Numbered from the stretch's first letter, positions 1 through 9,671 are shown. The stretch: 64,000 nucleotides of DNA from an uncultured Aminicenantes bacterium (GCA_965195285.1 CBDAFS010000062.1:128001-192000), one strand, 5' to 3'. A program made the numbers and translations. The notes: generated by a model not told the origin, from the letters alone.

Positions 1-42
1 AAATCAAAATATATTTTCACCATTTAAATCAAGGAGGCCAAG

Positions 43-735
43 ATGAATAGCGGATTTAGCATTTTAGAAATTCTGATTGCCTTAGCCATCAGTTTGAGTA
101 TTCTTTCAATTGTCATTATCAATGTTTCCCAGACCTCGTCAATATCCAAAAAGGTGACCACCAAACAGCAGAGACTGGAATCAATATTCCACACGGTGGA
201 TACCATAAAATCTGATCTGACCAAATGTGGAATGAGATTGCAGGAGGCCGGCAAACATTTTGATCTCTCATTCTTCGAACACACATCCAGTCACTTCACG
301 GTGGTTTACGGAACCGGTAGTGAGGTTCTCATCACCGACTCTGAAAAGGGCGAGAAGGTCATCGAGATTGATCAGAATCAATATTTTAAAAAAAACAAAA
401 AGGTATTGATCTATAACCTGGATCAGGGTTCTTTTGAATACAATGAAATAAAAAATATCAAAAAGGGCCTGATCACACTGTCCGAAAACCTGAAAAACCC
501 CTACCCCGCTAATTCTCCGATCATCCTTCTGAAGCAGGTGGAGTACAAACTGTATGCCAAACAAAACATCCTGAAACGAAAAGTGGATCAAGGAAATTTT
601 CAACCGCTCATCGAAGAATTAACAGATTTTTATATCAATTTCTTTTCAGAATCCAGATCGGTATTGTACAAGATCGAAGTAAACAGCAGGGAACAGATCA
701 GGGGGTATATATTCCTGATCAACACGGTGGCATGA
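43..735 (+). CDS. Type IV prepilin-like protein (PilW-like minor pilin)
   Basis: Class III signal G|FSILEILIAL with Glu at +5 and a hydrophobic helix; AGGAGG RBS upstream; first of three overlapping prepilin-like genes. Confidence 0.75.
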   Translation: MNSGFSILEILIALAISLSILSIVIINVSQTSSISKKVTTKQQRLESIFHTVDTIKSDLTKCGMRLQEAGKHFDLSFFEHTSSHFTVVYGTGSEVLITDSEKGEKVIEIDQNQYFKKNKKVLIYNLDQGSFEYNEIKNIKKGLITLSENLKNPYPANSPIILLKQVEYKLYAKQNILKRKVDQGNFQPLIEELTDFYINFFSESRSVLYKIEVNSREQIRGYIFLINTVA

Positions 736-2093
736 TGAAACTCCAAAGACCGGCAGCCGCAAAATCAAGGGGCAGTATGATCCTGGCCATATTGTTTGTT
801 GTTTTCCTCTCCCTGGCCGGAATGGCCCTGCTCACCCATACCCTTGTCCACCAGCGCATCCTGTCTGCCCGGGCAAAAAAAATTATTGAAACCGAAAGGA
901 TTTACCAGGAGCTCATATTTTATCAGCATCAATTCAGGGAAAAGGTCTTCGGGGATAATCTTTTAAATATCCACTGGCCGGAATCCGACTATTTCAACCC
1001 GGACATTTTTCCGGATGTTCGGATCAATCAGGTCCTGATAAAAAACTCCTTTTCAAACCGTATTCAACAACAGGACGATTATCGAAAAATCAGAATCATC
1101 GATACCATCCAGGTCCATTCTCTGAAAAGCAACTATCAATTGAAGACAGATGTCATCATTGATCTGCTTACCGGTAATATACCGCTCCATTTAATCACCT
1201 TCTTTCTCCAGGCCAAAATCGAAATCCCGGAAGATATTTATCTGAAAGAAAACCATATTGAAGTCAAAACCCGGGGGCAGTACCTGATGGGAGACATCCC
1301 GGTGGATTTTGATGTGACCGGGTTTCTGGCCGATGCCCTGAAAATTCAGGGTAATCAACTCAGCTGGGCGGAAATCAGAAAAAAGTTCGGATTCGATATC
1401 TCGGATGAACCCATCGAAAAGGGCATTTATATCCTTGCCGAAGATGGCCGGGTTGAATCCATATTCATCCAGGGAGATCTGCAGAAGTTGATTTTTTCAA
1501 CCCGGGAGGAAATTCAGGAAATCCAATTTTATCTGGGTGGCCAATGTTATCAGCTCAGCTATCAACCGCAGGAGGACTATTTCCGGTGCTGGGACCCGCA
1601 AATACCGGTTCAATCCGTTTTCAATCAGAAAATAATCGTAAACGGAAATCTGTGGAGTCTGGAACAGAGCCAACAGTTCGCATTTCTGGAAAGTACAAAT
1701 ATCAAACTGTTAGTGTCGGGCCAGACCGTGATCACCACTTCCCTGGAAACCAAAAACCTGAACATTGAAAAAATCAGGCTGAACAACCTGACCCTGATTG
1801 GCGGTACCCATGACCTGTACCCGACGGGAAACAGCCAGCCCGGTGTCACGGTAGATATAGAGGGAAAAGCCATTATCCAGGCCACCATACTGGTTCAGGG
1901 TCGTTTTGAAAACCGGAATGAGGAACTGGAAATATCCGGAAGCTTATTTGCCGAAGAAGTACACAATCAAGGCCGGATGGCCATTCATTCAACCAATTCC
2001 GGGTTTGATTCGGGTACTTATTTTCACACCGGAATCATCACCCTCATTATTGATTTCTTCATTGATTTTGTCGAGGAGGTATACGATGTCTGA
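732..2093 (+). CDS. PilX-like minor pilin / pilus assembly protein
   Basis: RG|SMILAILF prepilin-like site lacking E5, typical of PilX/GspK; ATGA overlap with the upstream gene; beta-rich C-terminus. Confidence 0.6.
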   Translation: MMKLQRPAAAKSRGSMILAILFVVFLSLAGMALLTHTLVHQRILSARAKKIIETERIYQELIFYQHQFREKVFGDNLLNIHWPESDYFNPDIFPDVRINQVLIKNSFSNRIQQQDDYRKIRIIDTIQVHSLKSNYQLKTDVIIDLLTGNIPLHLITFFLQAKIEIPEDIYLKENHIEVKTRGQYLMGDIPVDFDVTGFLADALKIQGNQLSWAEIRKKFGFDISDEPIEKGIYILAEDGRVESIFIQGDLQKLIFSTREEIQEIQFYLGGQCYQLSYQPQEDYFRCWDPQIPVQSVFNQKIIVNGNLWSLEQSQQFAFLESTNIKLLVSGQTVITTSLETKNLNIEKIRLNNLTLIGGTHDLYPTGNSQPGVTVDIEGKAIIQATILVQGRFENRNEELEISGSLFAEEVHNQGRMAIHSTNSGFDSGTYFHTGIITLIIDFFIDFVEEVYDV

Positions 2094-2556
2094 TCGCAGC
2101 AAACATGTTTGCTTTCGCCATGTGTCCCAACACCGGCCCGGAGGGTTCACGGTTTTTGAACTGCTGATTGCGGTGGCCCTGTGCGGACTGTTGATCACGG
2201 TTGGTTTTTCGGGCTTCCGTTCATTTCAACTTAACAACCGGACCAACCAGATGATCCGCACCGTCACCTCTGCCTTCAGCACGGCCCGATACCGGGCCAT
2301 TGAAAACAACAAATCAATCAAGGTGTGCCTGGAAACCTCCAAGATGGTCCTGAAACTGAAGGAGGCTTCGGAATGGCAACCCTATCTTGATTTTCAACTC
2401 CCCCCTGACCAGACCATCACCATGAATGCCTCGCCGGTTTTTTACCCGACCGGGTTTGCTTCCCCCCTGTGTTCGGTAATCATAAAAAATGAAAAGTATG
2501 AATACAAGATCACCATTTCCATAGCCGGCCGGATCAAGGTGGTCAAAATATCTTGA
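2086..2556 (+). CDS. FimT/GspH-like prepilin
   Basis: Start moved to ATG 2086 (GAGGAGG RBS); G|FTVFELLIAV motif; 'ARYRAI' and C-terminal 'GRIKV' typical of FimT/GspH. Confidence 0.75.
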   Translation: MSDRSKHVCFRHVSQHRPGGFTVFELLIAVALCGLLITVGFSGFRSFQLNNRTNQMIRTVTSAFSTARYRAIENNKSIKVCLETSKMVLKLKEASEWQPYLDFQLPPDQTITMNASPVFYPTGFASPLCSVIIKNEKYEYKITISIAGRIKVVKIS

Positions 2557-2607
2557 CGAAAAAGGAAAAAGGGGAACGATGATGATCCCGGTGTTGAAAC
2601 TTTGTAT

Positions 2608-3789
2608 TTAAAACGCTGCGATGAGTCCCACCCCGGCCCGAACATACTCACCCAGAAACGACTTTAAAAGATAATTAACCTCTCCGACCAATCGCAGGTT
2701 CCTTCTTAATAAAAATCCCACATGAGCACTGAATGACTGGTAATTCATTTCTTCTTCCTCAAAATTCACCCAGTTATAGAGCAAAACAGCGTATAAATGA
2801 CTATTATCTCCCCAGGGCGTCAAAATCATTTCAGCAAACCCACCCCGGGTTTCCATTTCCATATCCCCTTCACCAGCTATAAACATGGGATTGCTGTCAT
2901 TTCTTATCATGTACTGGAACTTGAATTCCACAACAGGAAACTGCAGGCTGGCATCCACTCCCCATAACCAGATCCGGTTAACTCCCTCACCCATGTCACT
3001 GGCTTCCTTTCCATAATAGGCACAGGCACCAATGGAAAAGTACTTTCCGATTTCCTGGATTACCCGTCCGAAAAGGTTTTTATATTTATCAGAGTCAAAA
3101 TTTTCAAATGGATCTGCCGGGTCTATGCCACTGCCATTCAAGACTTCTATGGTGAAATCGGTCCCGGTTTTAAAACCGAAGTTAAACATCAGTCCCCGGT
3201 CATAGGTCAGATTAATGGCGGATAATCCCGGCCGGGCCCTGTAAATCTCATAATCTTCAAAGGTCAAACGCAACTCCCGTTTGAACAGAGGATCAGAAAC
3301 CTGAAATTGACCCAGAGAAGCTGAAATGCCGCTGCCAAAGATATCATTGAACATCATAAACGCATCTTCGAGTCCGGCCACCTCACCCCGTTCTCCCAGG
3401 AAAAAATAAAAATAATAAGAAATATTCTTTCCAATGGTTCCTCCGGAGAGGAGTTTTACAATGTAGGGCGAGGCAAAATCAAACTGATCGGAACTGGAAT
3501 TGTTGTAGTACATGTGCCCTTCCAGACGCACAGCAATGGGAAGGTCCCTGATGAGTGAAAGTTTTTCATCTCCGGTATCCACATAATAACGGGGAACTTC
3601 CTTATCCGCCAATCGAAAACCGTTTCCGGCAAATTCTTCACCGTACGCTTTGAGACGGGGAAAAGGATTGTGGCAAACATTGCAGGACATCTTATGTTTT
3701 CGGGCAAACGCCGGCATCCCGGTCAATGACTCGGTTAGTACCAGCAGTACAAATATGGCAATGGAGATAAAAAGTATATTTTTTTTCAT
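2608..3789 (-). CDS. Cyc2-like monoheme cytochrome c-porin fusion (outer-membrane beta-barrel)
   Basis: Signal peptide, then PAFARKHKMSCNVCH..FPRL..YG..F..NGF, then alternating beta-strands and a terminal Phe; RBS AGGAGG supports a start at 3789 or 3792. Confidence 0.75.
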   Translation of the reverse strand: MKKNILFISIAIFVLLVLTESLTGMPAFARKHKMSCNVCHNPFPRLKAYGEEFAGNGFRLADKEVPRYYVDTGDEKLSLIRDLPIAVRLEGHMYYNNSSSDQFDFASPYIVKLLSGGTIGKNISYYFYFFLGERGEVAGLEDAFMMFNDIFGSGISASLGQFQVSDPLFKRELRLTFEDYEIYRARPGLSAINLTYDRGLMFNFGFKTGTDFTIEVLNGSGIDPADPFENFDSDKYKNLFGRVIQEIGKYFSIGACAYYGKEASDMGEGVNRIWLWGVDASLQFPVVEFKFQYMIRNDSNPMFIAGEGDMEMETRGGFAEMILTPWGDNSHLYAVLLYNWVNFEEEEMNYQSFSAHVGFLLRRNLRLVGEVNYLLKSFLGEYVRAGVGLIAAF

Positions 3790-3799
3790 CATAATCCTC

Positions 3800-5161
3800 C
3801 TAATCATAAATGGTTATCGATGTCGAATGACTGTTCACTTTGATAATCTCAGTTTCATCCGAAGGAACATTGAGAAAATCAGCCACCGGTTTCACCAGTT
3901 TTTGATAGTTCATTGTTGCGGTTACTACAAATACCCCCTCGGCAATATCATCCGGAAGGGTAAAGGTAAATGTCTCAATTTTTGTCCCCCGGGGAGAAAA
4001 ACGGTAATCAACTCCCAGTGATTTTGTGTTCCACTGTTGGATGGTCATCCGTCCCTGAGGATCAAAATAAGGCATGCGAAAAATTCGATCCCCAAAAGGG
4101 ACACCATCCCGTTGTACTCCGGCAAAATCAGGTTCATCCAACGCAATTCCCATATCCTGGTAGGCCAGGATATCGCTGGCTATAGTATATTCCTCTCCGG
4201 CAAATCCTTTTTTATCGACCGGAAGGTGATAGGTTTTCCCATTGGCATCGCGTCCCTCAACATGCAACCAGACGATGCGATCCTCCACCGAACCCGTGGG
4301 GAATTTATGACCGGTTTTTTGATTAAACAGCACGACGGTAAATTTTACCATATCACCGGGTTCTGCTTCGCGGGTATCCGGGTGAACACGTACCTCAATC
4401 GTCCCGGCGATTTTGCCCGGGTCATGAGCGCCATGAAAAAGGTGCTGCCGGATATCGGGATATTTCTCGGCCATTTCAGCCGAAACTCCCGGAGCGTAGG
4501 TCATATGACAATCATGACAGCGTACACCTTCCCGGGCATAAGGACCTTCTTTCCATTCCAGATGAGTGGACTTTACCCAGATACCATATGGACTTTTTTC
4601 GTTGTGACAGGTTCCGCAAAATTCCGACTTTGACAGGAAATCTGATTTCTGAGTAGCATGTGCCGGCGATACGGCTCCTTCGCGGGGGCCGTATTTTATG
4701 CGGCCAGGCTCGGATACAAAATTAAAATTATGGGGAACTTCACCCTGAAATCCGGTGACCGTATGACATACGTCACAGGAGACCGATTCATTTGCCCGGC
4801 TGTTGGCTTCGGGTCTGGGAGGAGGCACATCACCGGCCAGGAAAGCAATCGGTGAATGACACCCGTTACACCCCGCCTTGACATCAGCAACCATCGGGTC
4901 CTTGTCTGCATGGGGGATTGCCAGCTTAAAATACTCAATTTCGTCCCAGTGGTGTGTATATGCCTGGGACATCATGGCCTGGGTCCACTGCTGATATATA
5001 TCGGTATGGCAGGACGTTCCGCAAACACCCGGTTTTTCATAATCCTTATATGACCGGCTGCCGAGCGCTTCTTCTCCGCTTTTGACCAATCCTTGAGCCA
5101 CCAGCACCAAAGCCAAAACAATCACAATTGACAAATATAAAATCCAAGGTTTGATTTTCAT
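3800..5161 (-). CDS. Periplasmic multiheme cytochrome c (c554/c552-like, probably 5 hemes)
   Basis: N-terminal signal or anchor; CNGCH, CDVCH, CGTCH and CHDCH plus atypical CGTSCH (CX3CH); beta-sandwich-like C-terminus. Confidence 0.85.
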   Translation of the reverse strand: MKIKPWILYLSIVIVLALVLVAQGLVKSGEEALGSRSYKDYEKPGVCGTSCHTDIYQQWTQAMMSQAYTHHWDEIEYFKLAIPHADKDPMVADVKAGCNGCHSPIAFLAGDVPPPRPEANSRANESVSCDVCHTVTGFQGEVPHNFNFVSEPGRIKYGPREGAVSPAHATQKSDFLSKSEFCGTCHNEKSPYGIWVKSTHLEWKEGPYAREGVRCHDCHMTYAPGVSAEMAEKYPDIRQHLFHGAHDPGKIAGTIEVRVHPDTREAEPGDMVKFTVVLFNQKTGHKFPTGSVEDRIVWLHVEGRDANGKTYHLPVDKKGFAGEEYTIASDILAYQDMGIALDEPDFAGVQRDGVPFGDRIFRMPYFDPQGRMTIQQWNTKSLGVDYRFSPRGTKIETFTFTLPDDIAEGVFVVTATMNYQKLVKPVADFLNVPSDETEIIKVNSHSTSITIYD

Positions 5162-5249
5162 ACCCGATCCTCCCGTTTAAATCAAAATTCTGAAAAAAAT
5201 AGTTTCTACCTTCCTCAGGATAAAGGCTAACTTTATTCATTTACTTTTT

Positions 5250-5278
5250 ATTATAATGAATGCAAATCGGAATTTCAA
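5250..5278 (-). promoter_or_regulatory. sigma70-like promoter of the cytochrome-porin operon
   Basis: Minus strand TTGAAA-N17-TATAAT. Confidence 0.6.
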
Positions 5279-5282
5279 CCGC

Positions 5283-5311
5283 TTGAAATAAAAAATTCAA
5301 TTGAGTATCAT
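5283..5311 (+). promoter_or_regulatory. sigma70-like promoter, back-to-back with the previous one
   Basis: TTGAAA-N17-TATCAT upstream of the ORF at 5413. Confidence 0.5.
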
Positions 5312-5412
5312 GGATTTTTAGGTGGTTTAAAAGCGTTCACAAAATGTTGTGATTGAGGTTTTTTTATTCATGTCTATATCAATAAAACAAAAAAATTGCA
5401 GGAAGGGGTAAA

Positions 5413-5718
5413 ATGAAAAAAATTTATATGGGAACTATTATTTTGTTGGTTATTGTGTTTTTATCCGCCTGTTTAGCAGGGCCAAATCCCATGGAAAAAA
5501 AATCGAATGAAGAGGGAAAAGTGGCGGGATTCTGGAAAGGGCTGTGGCATGGTTTTATTGCTCCCATAACCTTTATCATTTCCATATTCAGCTATAAGGT
5601 TCGATTTTATGAGGTTTACAACAGCGGATTCTGGTATAATTTTGGTTTTGTTTTTGCTGCAGGACTTTTCTTAAGCGGTGGTATTTTAGGAAGGAAAAAA
5701 AAGAAAAGAAAAAAATAA
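5413..5718 (+). CDS. Small conserved membrane lipoprotein, function unknown
   Basis: Lipobox LSAC; GFWKGLWHG and FWYNFGF hydrophobic segments; basic tail. Confidence 0.7.
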   Translation: MKKIYMGTIILLVIVFLSACLAGPNPMEKKSNEEGKVAGFWKGLWHGFIAPITFIISIFSYKVRFYEVYNSGFWYNFGFVFAAGLFLSGGILGRKKKKRKK

Positions 5719-5730
5719 AAGCCCCGTCCC

Positions 5731-6147
5731 TCAAATTTTACTCGCAGGTTTCTTGGACAGGACGAACGCGACAGCCTCCTTCACCGTTCCCTCAAATGCC
5801 ATAAAAGTAATTTGCTGTCCCTCCAGAGCGCCCTTCATTTTATCCCCAACCATGCCCGCCACAAAAATCGTGGCTTTTTTCTCTGCCAAGAAACCCGCAC
5901 ACCCGACACCGGCCCTGCGGTCATGTTTCCAGAAAGGACTTTCGTGCAATTCCAGTAGCTTTCCTTTCTCATCAAAGAACTGCAGATATTGGCCGCGTGC
6001 TCCTTTGTAGGCGACCTGGGTATCGGGGGTCTTTCCATCGCAGGCAACAGCGATCTTCAGCGACGGTTTTTCCTGGCCACCGATGATTGGAAATATTCCC
6101 AAAACCAGTAATACGAGAATCCCTACCATACAGGTTTTCTTATTCAT
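5731..6147 (-). CDS. NifB/NifX (dinitrogenase FeMo-cofactor-binding domain) family protein with signal peptide
   Basis: KIAVA...VA...AR..Y..FFD, G.G...A.FLA, 'VAGMVGDKM..AL' and 'GTVKEAV' pattern; hydrophobic N-terminus; AGGAG RBS. Confidence 0.7.
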   Translation of the reverse strand: MNKKTCMVGILVLLVLGIFPIIGGQEKPSLKIAVACDGKTPDTQVAYKGARGQYLQFFDEKGKLLELHESPFWKHDRRAGVGCAGFLAEKKATIFVAGMVGDKMKGALEGQQITFMAFEGTVKEAVAFVLSKKPASKI

Positions 6148-6665
6148 GATAACTCCTTATGCCGGCATAACGGACGGTTCTCCCTATGCCGGAGCATGAG
6201 TCTTCTCCCAAAAGACCGCGGACCATATTGGCCACCGCCCCACTTCTTTTTATTTTATATTATATCCCTCGGAATTGTCAAAAAAAAATAGCGCTTGGTC
6301 TACACTCTTGACAGATCGCAGTCAAATGAATCCAGTCATAGCTGCTTGAGTACCAAAAAGTCAAAAAGTAAACAACCATCCCCCCATTTTGGTATGCCAA
6401 AGATAGGATGATATCGTCAAGAAATCAAGCACCTCATTTATGCAACCTATACATTTTTTTGATATTATTTAAAAATCATGATATATTATCTCTTAAAAGT
6501 AATATAGTTTCCTTTTTATATTGTTTTGTGAAAACTATATTATATCATTAATGAGGCTATATTGACTTTATTATTGAGTAAATTACATAAAATCATTATT
6601 TATGCAATTGGTTCAATTAAAAAGGAAATTTTTATTTTTTCTAAGAGAGAAAGAAGGAGGTATCA

Positions 6666-7073
6666 ATGAATATGAGTCTATTTTCTGGCCCTTCTCCCGA
6701 GGAACAGAAGAAGCTGTATCGGAAGTCTCACAATATAAGTGCCATAGCGATTTTTACTGGACTTTTTGCAGCCATATTTCTTGTTATTGGGATCTTCACA
6801 GTGGCCAATCCACTGGAACACGGACTAACTCCAGGGGAATCCATTGGCTACTTTTTCGGGTATCTTGTTTTCAGCACGTTCTACGCACTCACCATGGTGG
6901 GACTACTTCGGCGAACTTCTTGGGGTCGCACACTGGGAATAATTGCTTGGCTTCCCTTAGCGGTAGGCCTCATTGGAATCTATATAGTTTGGGTTCTCTT
7001 TACCTCATCAGAGTTTTTTGGTGCGAACAGAATCACTCACAAAGAACTTTTGAAGACCCTGAAAAATGAATGA
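6666..7073 (+). CDS. Hypothetical multi-pass membrane protein
   Basis: AAGGAGG RBS; three to four hydrophobic segments; 'GLLRRTSWGR' loop. Confidence 0.7.
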   Translation: MNMSLFSGPSPEEQKKLYRKSHNISAIAIFTGLFAAIFLVIGIFTVANPLEHGLTPGESIGYFFGYLVFSTFYALTMVGLLRRTSWGRTLGIIAWLPLAVGLIGIYIVWVLFTSSEFFGANRITHKELLKTLKNE

Positions 7074-7229
7074 CTTGCCTCCATTTATTAATGGGGGGGG
7101 TGACGGTGCTTTACATCTTGACAATTCCATTTTTTCCTGATCCTTACCTTTCTTACTCGCTCACTTTTTCACTTTATTACTAATAAGTTTCGATTCCATC
7201 GGGGGTCATTTTATTATCCCTCACTTTCA

Positions 7230-7479
7230 ATACTTCAAAAGACCGTCCCCTTTTTCGTCCCTCAAAGTCTTTTTTGGAGTCTCTATAGGGTTCTAACTGA
7301 CTGGCAGAGACCTCGGTTCTGTGGCATGGGGTCAAATCTTTATTATTGACAAAATAAAAAACTTATTATAATCAATGATTCAATTAATCACATTATCTGC
7401 TAATGTTTTCAAAGCATTTGTCAATAATAAAGATTTGACCCCTATTTTTTTCTATACTTCAAAAGACCGTCCCCTTTTT
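7230..7479 (+). repeat. 26-bp exact direct repeat ATACTTCAAAAGACCGTCCCCTTTTT (7230-7255 and 7454-7479)
   Basis: Read directly from the sequence. Confidence 0.9.
7328..7442. repeat. 115-bp MITE/REPIN-like element with perfect 26-bp terminal inverted repeats
   Basis: GGGGTCAAATCTTTATTATTGACAAA (7328-7353) and its exact reverse complement (7417-7442), separated by a 63-bp AT-rich spacer. Confidence 0.85.
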
Positions 7480-7724
7480 GAGAAGGGCTAATCGTTACCA
7501 TTGAATTAAATCTTAAGCCGATTTTGAAAAAAAATCAAAAAAATTGGTCTATTTATTTGACAATGGACTTCTAATGGATGACCTCATTTTACGAAAACGG
7601 AACCGCCGTTTGAACAAAAAGTAATAAAGTAAGGCACCGTCCCCAATTTTTTCACCTTAAAAGCCCCCGTTAGTCTCTTTGGTTGATGGTTTTTTTTTTA
7701 GAAAGTGTAAGTTGAGTTTTTTAC

Positions 7725-8519
7725 TTATTTTAATTCAGATTTAAAATTTAGAAGTCCAACTAATTTTTTTGTTTGTTCAAAACTAAGAGCACTATCGGAT
7801 TCCCCTGATAAAACCTTTCCTATCTCAGAAATTATTCTTTGTTCTACTGTCATTTGCATAAACTTAATTTTCTCAATTACCCTATTGTTTAATTCATCAA
7901 TTTCTTTTTCATATAATACATATGGAAGAAGTTGCTCTACTACTGTATCTTTATACCATTCTGCTATTTCACCTTTTTTTTTCCCTTCATCAAGTATATG
8001 ACATATTCGAAATATTAAAGTAACATAGATATCAAAAAGGGAATGTAAAAAGCTACCTATGAAGGGTTTGTATTTTGCTGTGTTGTCAGTGAAATCTGTT
8101 GCGGCTTTTAGAAGGTTGTCAGTTGTAATATAAGAAAAGAGGAACTCAAGCTCAACATTTTTCACTAAGGATGTATAATCTTTTGGCTGAAATAGATCTA
8201 TAACAGTGAATATTGAAGTGAGGTTGCTATATTTAATTTTTATTAGAGCCTCCCAGAATATTTTTATTGCTTTTAGTCTTTGATTAAAGGAAGCAAGATT
8301 AATTGATGTTAAAGTAGATGTTGAAACACGAAGCTGCTCTTTGGCAATTCCATACTCTGCTGTTAATTGAGCTTTTAATGTTAAAAGTTTTTGGGAATAT
8401 TCAAATTCTATGGATTTTTTCAGTCTTTCAGTAATCCAACTTTTTGTAATCCAAATTAGTATAAAATATAAAAACGCGCTTCCTCCCATTGAAACGACTA
8501 TAGTTTCTATATTTGTCAT
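7725..8519 (-). CDS. Hypothetical protein (N-terminal TM, helical), low GC
   Basis: 264-aa ORF with AAGGAG RBS; no family recognised. Confidence 0.7.
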   Translation of the reverse strand: MTNIETIVVSMGGSAFLYFILIWITKSWITERLKKSIEFEYSQKLLTLKAQLTAEYGIAKEQLRVSTSTLTSINLASFNQRLKAIKIFWEALIKIKYSNLTSIFTVIDLFQPKDYTSLVKNVELEFLFSYITTDNLLKAATDFTDNTAKYKPFIGSFLHSLFDIYVTLIFRICHILDEGKKKGEIAEWYKDTVVEQLLPYVLYEKEIDELNNRVIEKIKFMQMTVEQRIISEIGKVLSGESDSALSFEQTKKLVGLLNFKSELK

Positions 8520-8670
8520 AGATTCTCCTTAAATTGAACATGTAACAAATTCATCTCTCACAATGCATTTATATGATAATAATATAGCACATCTGACTTT
8601 GTATTAAAAATATAGAATCGAATAAACTTGAAATTTAATTTCATATCAATATAATTGGAGTGGAGAGATA

Positions 8671-9453
8671 ATGAGTGATGAAACTGGTAAATTTTTTATA
8701 TTCTTAAGTTACATTGATGAAGAAAAGAAAATAGCTGAAGTTTTAAAAGAATGGATTGAAGCAAGTTCTTTAGATCAAATTGAAGTTTTTGCTTATAGTG
8801 ATAAAGAGAGTATTGATCTTGGTGAGGAATGGCATGAGAAAATAATCGATGCACTGAATAGATCAAATTTACTCATTGTATTAAGTAGTGAATTTTCAAT
8901 TGAGAGACCTTGGGTAAATTTTGAATCAGGTGCTGCTTGGATAAAAAAAATTCCAATAATTCCAATATGTCATACCGGAATGTCCAAAGATAGTATACCA
9001 GATCCATATAGAAGAAAACTTGCGATTAATTTGGATGACAAGAATTTTGGACTCACACTTTTTAAAAGTATCATGAAGAAAATAGGTTATAAAGGAGATT
9101 TGAAAACTGATTTTAATAGAATGGAAGAGGAAATTCAATCTGCAAAAAATGAAATTAAGTATGATTTTTCTAGAACGAAATCAGTAAATCGAAAGAATGA
9201 AGTTGATCAATTAGAGCTGTCTGATATGGGGAAAAGTATTCTTAGAATGTTAGCTGACAAAGGAGATTTATATTGTGCTAAGTCAGAATTATATAATGCA
9301 TTTAATGTTCATAATCAAAAAGTCCAAAATGAACTGAACAAATTTAAAAATGATGATTATATAGATTTTCTATATATAGAAAGAAGAGATCAAGATTGTT
9401 ATTATTTAACCCCAAAAGGAACTGATCTTGTTGTGAGATTGAATATTGTTTGA
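8671..9453 (+). CDS. TIR-domain protein with C-terminal winged helix
   Basis: IFLSY, G..W...I..AL..S...IVL.S..S..RPWVNFE.GAA (catalytic Glu retained); C-terminal 'IL..L....K.EL...F...EL..F...YI......YYLTPKG' wHTH pattern. Confidence 0.85.
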   Translation: MSDETGKFFIFLSYIDEEKKIAEVLKEWIEASSLDQIEVFAYSDKESIDLGEEWHEKIIDALNRSNLLIVLSSEFSIERPWVNFESGAAWIKKIPIIPICHTGMSKDSIPDPYRRKLAINLDDKNFGLTLFKSIMKKIGYKGDLKTDFNRMEEEIQSAKNEIKYDFSRTKSVNRKNEVDQLELSDMGKSILRMLADKGDLYCAKSELYNAFNVHNQKVQNELNKFKNDDYIDFLYIERRDQDCYYLTPKGTDLVVRLNIV

Positions 9454-9671
9454 TTAAAAGCAGATTTATGTCTTAATATTCGTTACTCTCACGTTACCCA
9501 ACAGCCCTAAAACTCAATCAAAAATCGTTACTTTTTCGTTAATTGAAGTATCGAAAAGTCAATCATAATCGCTATATACCTATAAGCCGTGTTGATGTTG
9601 ATCTTGTTTAAAAACTCTACATACTTATTGGTGTTTGGATTTGGAGGTTGGGAGACTCTAATAAAAAAAAG

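Noticed and set aside
5731-6147. Nitrogen fixation inferred from the NifX-like gene and NifS-like desulfurase
   Set aside because: Both families are widespread in non-diazotrophs and no nifHDK is present
6602-7069. 155-aa alternative-frame ORF
   Set aside because: Overlaps the 6666-7073 ORF, which has a strong RBS and coherent TM pattern
7230-7479. 26-bp direct repeats as a mini-CRISPR
   Set aside because: Only two copies about 200 bp apart, no cas genes, and better explained by the REP-like family
7660-8560. Possible integron cassette: ACTCAAC just after the stop and GTTACAT before the start of the 264-aa gene
   Set aside because: The two cores are not complementary, no attC hairpin is evident and there is no integrase in the window
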